From contig NIVC01003687.1 of assembly GCA_002269645.1 (NCBI GenBank), positions 18,781 through 82,780 on the forward strand: 64,000 bases of DNA. The letters are read 5' to 3'. The notes under the pieces were generated by a model that ran no database searches, was not told the origin of the DNA, and saw only the letters and a list, made by a program, of their open reading frames with translations. How positions within the stretch are numbered: the first letter of the stretch is position 1; the number at the start of each line of letters is the position of its first letter. The translations under genes and the position numbers were made by a program. Of the stretch, positions 60,331 through 64,000 are shown one piece after another. Origin of the DNA: Macrostomum lignano. Its lineage: Eukaryota.

Positions 60331-61488
60331 TTGTCTCTTGGCTGGTGATTATCTGAAGGAAGATTGCTAGCCACTTTTGCCACTCCAAAGATTCTAATAA
60401 AAATCAATTTAAATATAAGCAAATTTGTCAAATGCTTGTTTTAATATCTGCTGTTGTGATATTTGGTATTCGGTATTTGGTATTCATTATTTGGCAAGTT
60501 CGTATCCAAATATTCAGTATTCAGATTTGGTAAAATCTGATATTTATTCCATCTCTAGTTTTTAGTAAATATAAACTTCACTCAAAAAATTAATAAATAT
60601 ATCATTGCCTTTATTTTGTTAGCAAGTTAGCTTTGTTGTCTATAGCTAGTAAACAACTTTTAAAATGCTAATTATATTTTTACAAGACTAGAGTTCCCCT
60701 ATAGCTATGTATATAGATATGGGAAATTACAGATACATTGATTTTGACCTCCAAGTTATAGATATGGATATGGTTACAAGAATAGAAACTTCCTAGATTT
60801 TTCTCATATCTTATATAGAACCTAGTTTTTGTTTAATTAGCTAGATCATACATATTGTTATAATACTTGTAGTTTGAAAATATCTAGAATCAATACCATG
60901 ATACAAATATGCTCATATGTTCAATATTATAGTAATAATAGTTTAAAATATCACTTGTCAATAGACACATTGTATTGTACATTTACATTAAAATGTCAAA
61001 TATACAAATGTATATACAAATAACAACTGAGTATATAAGATCATTATATTATTATGCATGGACATATACTTGTATATATAAATGTATATACTGTACATTG
61101 CAGCTACATGTAGGTAGGTAGGTACTTATATAACTTAAATGCATAATAGAAAAATATGTTTGAAGACACTGCATTAGATTGAGACATGCATACCCTTGGA
61201 AATCTTAATTCCCTAGTCATCATGGATATTTTTATATGTGAACCTATATTGAAACTCTTTATTGAATATTGATTTTTAAATAATTATATACATATATATA
61301 TGCATATTTACCAAATTGTTTACTTTTTATATTTGTTTACTTTTGTCAGGTGTTAGTGTGCAAGCTGCTCTTGCACTTGCAAGTGCACAAGCACTAATCA
61401 TCTAATGTTCATACTATCTATCAAAGTTTACATTCAGTCTATGGTCTTTATTTTGAGAACAATGGCCTACCAAATATATACTCTTGAA

Positions 61489-61770
61489 GGGGCTGTAGCC
61501 CAGCAGTCTAGTGCAGGCTTTGGTGTGCCAGCAACCCAGGCTCAATTCCAAGTGCAGTCATATTAATTTGGGGCTGAATTGGAATCTCGGCTTGGCTCTG
61601 CTCATGCAATTAACCGCCTTGAGAGCCAACCCCCCAAGGTGCAGTGAATTAAACATGCCTAATGATAAAATAAAGTTAGGGCCATTGCACACTCCTGTGT
61701 GAGTGTGTGCTTGCGTAAGTACCCACACACTTGTATGCCTACTCAGAGGAGTCAGCAGAATGGGCTATGT
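61489..61770 (+). mobile_element. tRNA-derived SINE-like element, copy 2
   Basis: Same head, body and AATAAAGTT segment as 41301-41522, with many CpG positions changed to TpG/CpA. Confidence 0.7.
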
Positions 61771-62599
61771 CCTATAAAGTTTGCCAGGGTACATATAACC
61801 CCCTGCCTCTAATAAAAAAATATTCTTTTATGCAAATGATGGACCATAGCTGCCAAGCGCTTAGTCAGAAGCACTATCATTCTATATCTCATAGTCTCAT
61901 TGGCTATAACTCAACAACTTTATATAATTGTTTACTTTTTATAAGCTATTAATACTTGAATGCTCTAAAAGATAATCTCTTATCCTGGTATAAAAAGAAA
62001 CTAAAAATCTCTAACAAGCTTGCATAATACAATACTACCCTATAGGAAAAAGTTGTAAAACTGCAGACGGCATCCAGTGCACTTTTGGAATTTTTCTAAA
62101 GCACAGTGTGCACACAGGCGTGCTGCCCTTTCTTGCTGGCTGCTGCTCTAGCAAATAAATATATATGGAAGAGGGTCTAATACCTTTGTGGAAGGGGCCT
62201 ATACACTTGTAATTTTTGTATAATGCTTAGAGATGTTCCAAAATTTCAATCTTGATTTTCCAAAATTTGGAATTTTTAAGAATGAATTTTGATTTCAAAA
62301 AAATTCAGAAGTCAAAATTTTGGAAGTGTGTAAAGAGTGGCTAAAATAAACTAATTTGTGCTACATATATATTTTTTTGTTTTGCATAAGCAGTAAATCA
62401 AGAGTAAAAAGGAGAGTTTTGGTCATACCAAATTTTGTTTTTTTGAATTTTGATTTTGGAAAATTTCAATTTCAATGTCAGACAGTTAGCAAATTTAGAT
62501 TTTGACAGTAAATGATTTCTAATAATCCTAAAGCACACATCTGCAAGTTTTCAACATTTATTCTAATAGGGCAATAGTAGATGCAGTAACTTATCTGCC

Positions 62600-63235
62600 A
62601 TAGTCTGGATCATTGCAGATATATGCCAAAAAGAATAACATTTTTTTAATTTTATACCAATGTAAAATAAAAAAATTATGCCAAGCCTAAAGTTGTTTAT
62701 TTATATGCCAATTTTTTAAAGAATATATAGTTTTCTTTATATTCTTTATAATTTTGAATTAAATTAAAAAATGGCTGTTCTTTGCTAAAACTAAAATTCT
62801 TTGTTTTAATATTATTTTTCTCCTAAATAGCATTAATATTTTTTAAGTTTCTAATTATTTTTAAGAGCTTTTGTAGGTTAATATTTAACTATAAGATTAT
62901 ATTAGCCTTGAACCATAGCCTGGATCAAGGCAAGTGTATGCCAGAATAAAAAATTCATATTTTTTTCAATTTTATACTGATGTAAAATTAAAAAAAATTT
63001 ACACCAAGCTCAAAATTGTTTATATGCCTGTTTTTTAAATAATATTTTTTAGGACTTAAAAAGTTTTACTAACCTTTACAATGGCCGTTTTTTTGCTAAA
63101 AACTGATATTCTTTGTTTTAATTTTGTTTTTCTTGTAATTATATTATTGTTTTCTATTTTAGTTTCTAATTATTTTTAAAGAGCTTTTGACATTGATTGA
63201 TATTTAACTATATTATTATTTTAGCCTTGAACTTG
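62600..63235. repeat. Diverged ~315-bp tandem duplication, AT-rich
   Basis: 62600-62915 aligns by eye with 62916-63235 (CTGGATCA...AATTTTATAC..ATGTAAAAT...TAGCCTTGAAC). Confidence 0.75.
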
Positions 63236-64000
63236 GCTAATTTTTGTACGCCGACTCTAGGTTGCAGATGGTATGCATGTACGTGGGAACTTTTCCGGCG
63301 TACAAAACAGCCACTCTAAGTCTTTGGCATACATAATTGGCGTACACAACCCCAGGTAAACTTTGTTGGTGTACACTATTGGCATACACAAGTAACACAG
63401 CCACGCATGAAAATTGTGATATAAATGAACATTTTTACATAAAGTAATGGAAAATTTATATTGTCAATAGGTATAATTTAAGTTTGTTTAAATTGAAAAT
63501 ATTTGTAACATTTTAAAAACACTTTTCATACAAAAGCCTTTCTTAGAAAACACAACTTGTGAAAACCATATAACCTTTTTTAAGGAATTTTTGGCGTACA
63601 TTTTAGCACAACATTTTGTTGTTGGTGTACATTGGCATACAAAGTCCTTGATGCCTGAATTTGGTCTAGCATACACAGATACATGATCCACACACTGGTG
63701 CCGACTGTGTGTACACTTTATTTTGAACCTAAAAATTCTATAGGCCAAGTGTATACCAAGATTGTTAGCAAGAGCAAAAATATGCCAGAATTTTCTGGCA
63801 TAAAGGCCACCTTCCAGACTGGTTTATCTGCAAATAAATAAAAATGGTTGCAGGCATTATTATGAATATCTTTTAATGGATATTTTATAGATATCATAGG
63901 CCCGGAAGGCCCCCCTAGTCTGGATCATGCTGGGTGCACACCCAAATAAAAATTGAATAATTACATATACATGCCAAAAAATTAGTGCACACCCATTCTT

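Overview
This is animal (metazoan) nuclear genomic DNA, not prokaryotic. GC-rich exons with GT-AG splice sites are separated by introns that mostly contain their own tandem minisatellite. That architecture suggests a free-living flatworm such as Macrostomum (inference only). Seven spliced genes can be reconstructed by hand: an unidentified long coiled-coil gene (-, runs off the left edge), PEX5 (-), WASHC1/WASH1 (-), a TFCP2/LSF-family transcription factor (-), SPATA4 (+), VPS52 (-, one 1-nt frameshift) and 14-3-3 epsilon (-, first exon not found in the window). Also present: an intronic tRNA-like gene with a UAA anticodon but no long variable arm; a 4.1-kb P-element-superfamily transposon with terminal inverted repeats (TIRs) and a target-site duplication (TSD) inside a VPS52 intronic minisatellite; a decayed hAT/BED-finger relic; two copies of a tRNA-derived SINE-like element; and about 35 tandem arrays. 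Almost all long ORFs in the supplied track are translations of these arrays. The most unusual observations: (i) reverse-complementary arrays in two introns bracket two same-phase, possibly mutually exclusive exons; (ii) the short-arm UAA tRNA; (iii) minisatellites systematically start next to splice donors, some carrying splice-site-like units; (iv) sharply bounded CpG deserts next to CpG-rich DNA. All coordinates and counts were read by eye.
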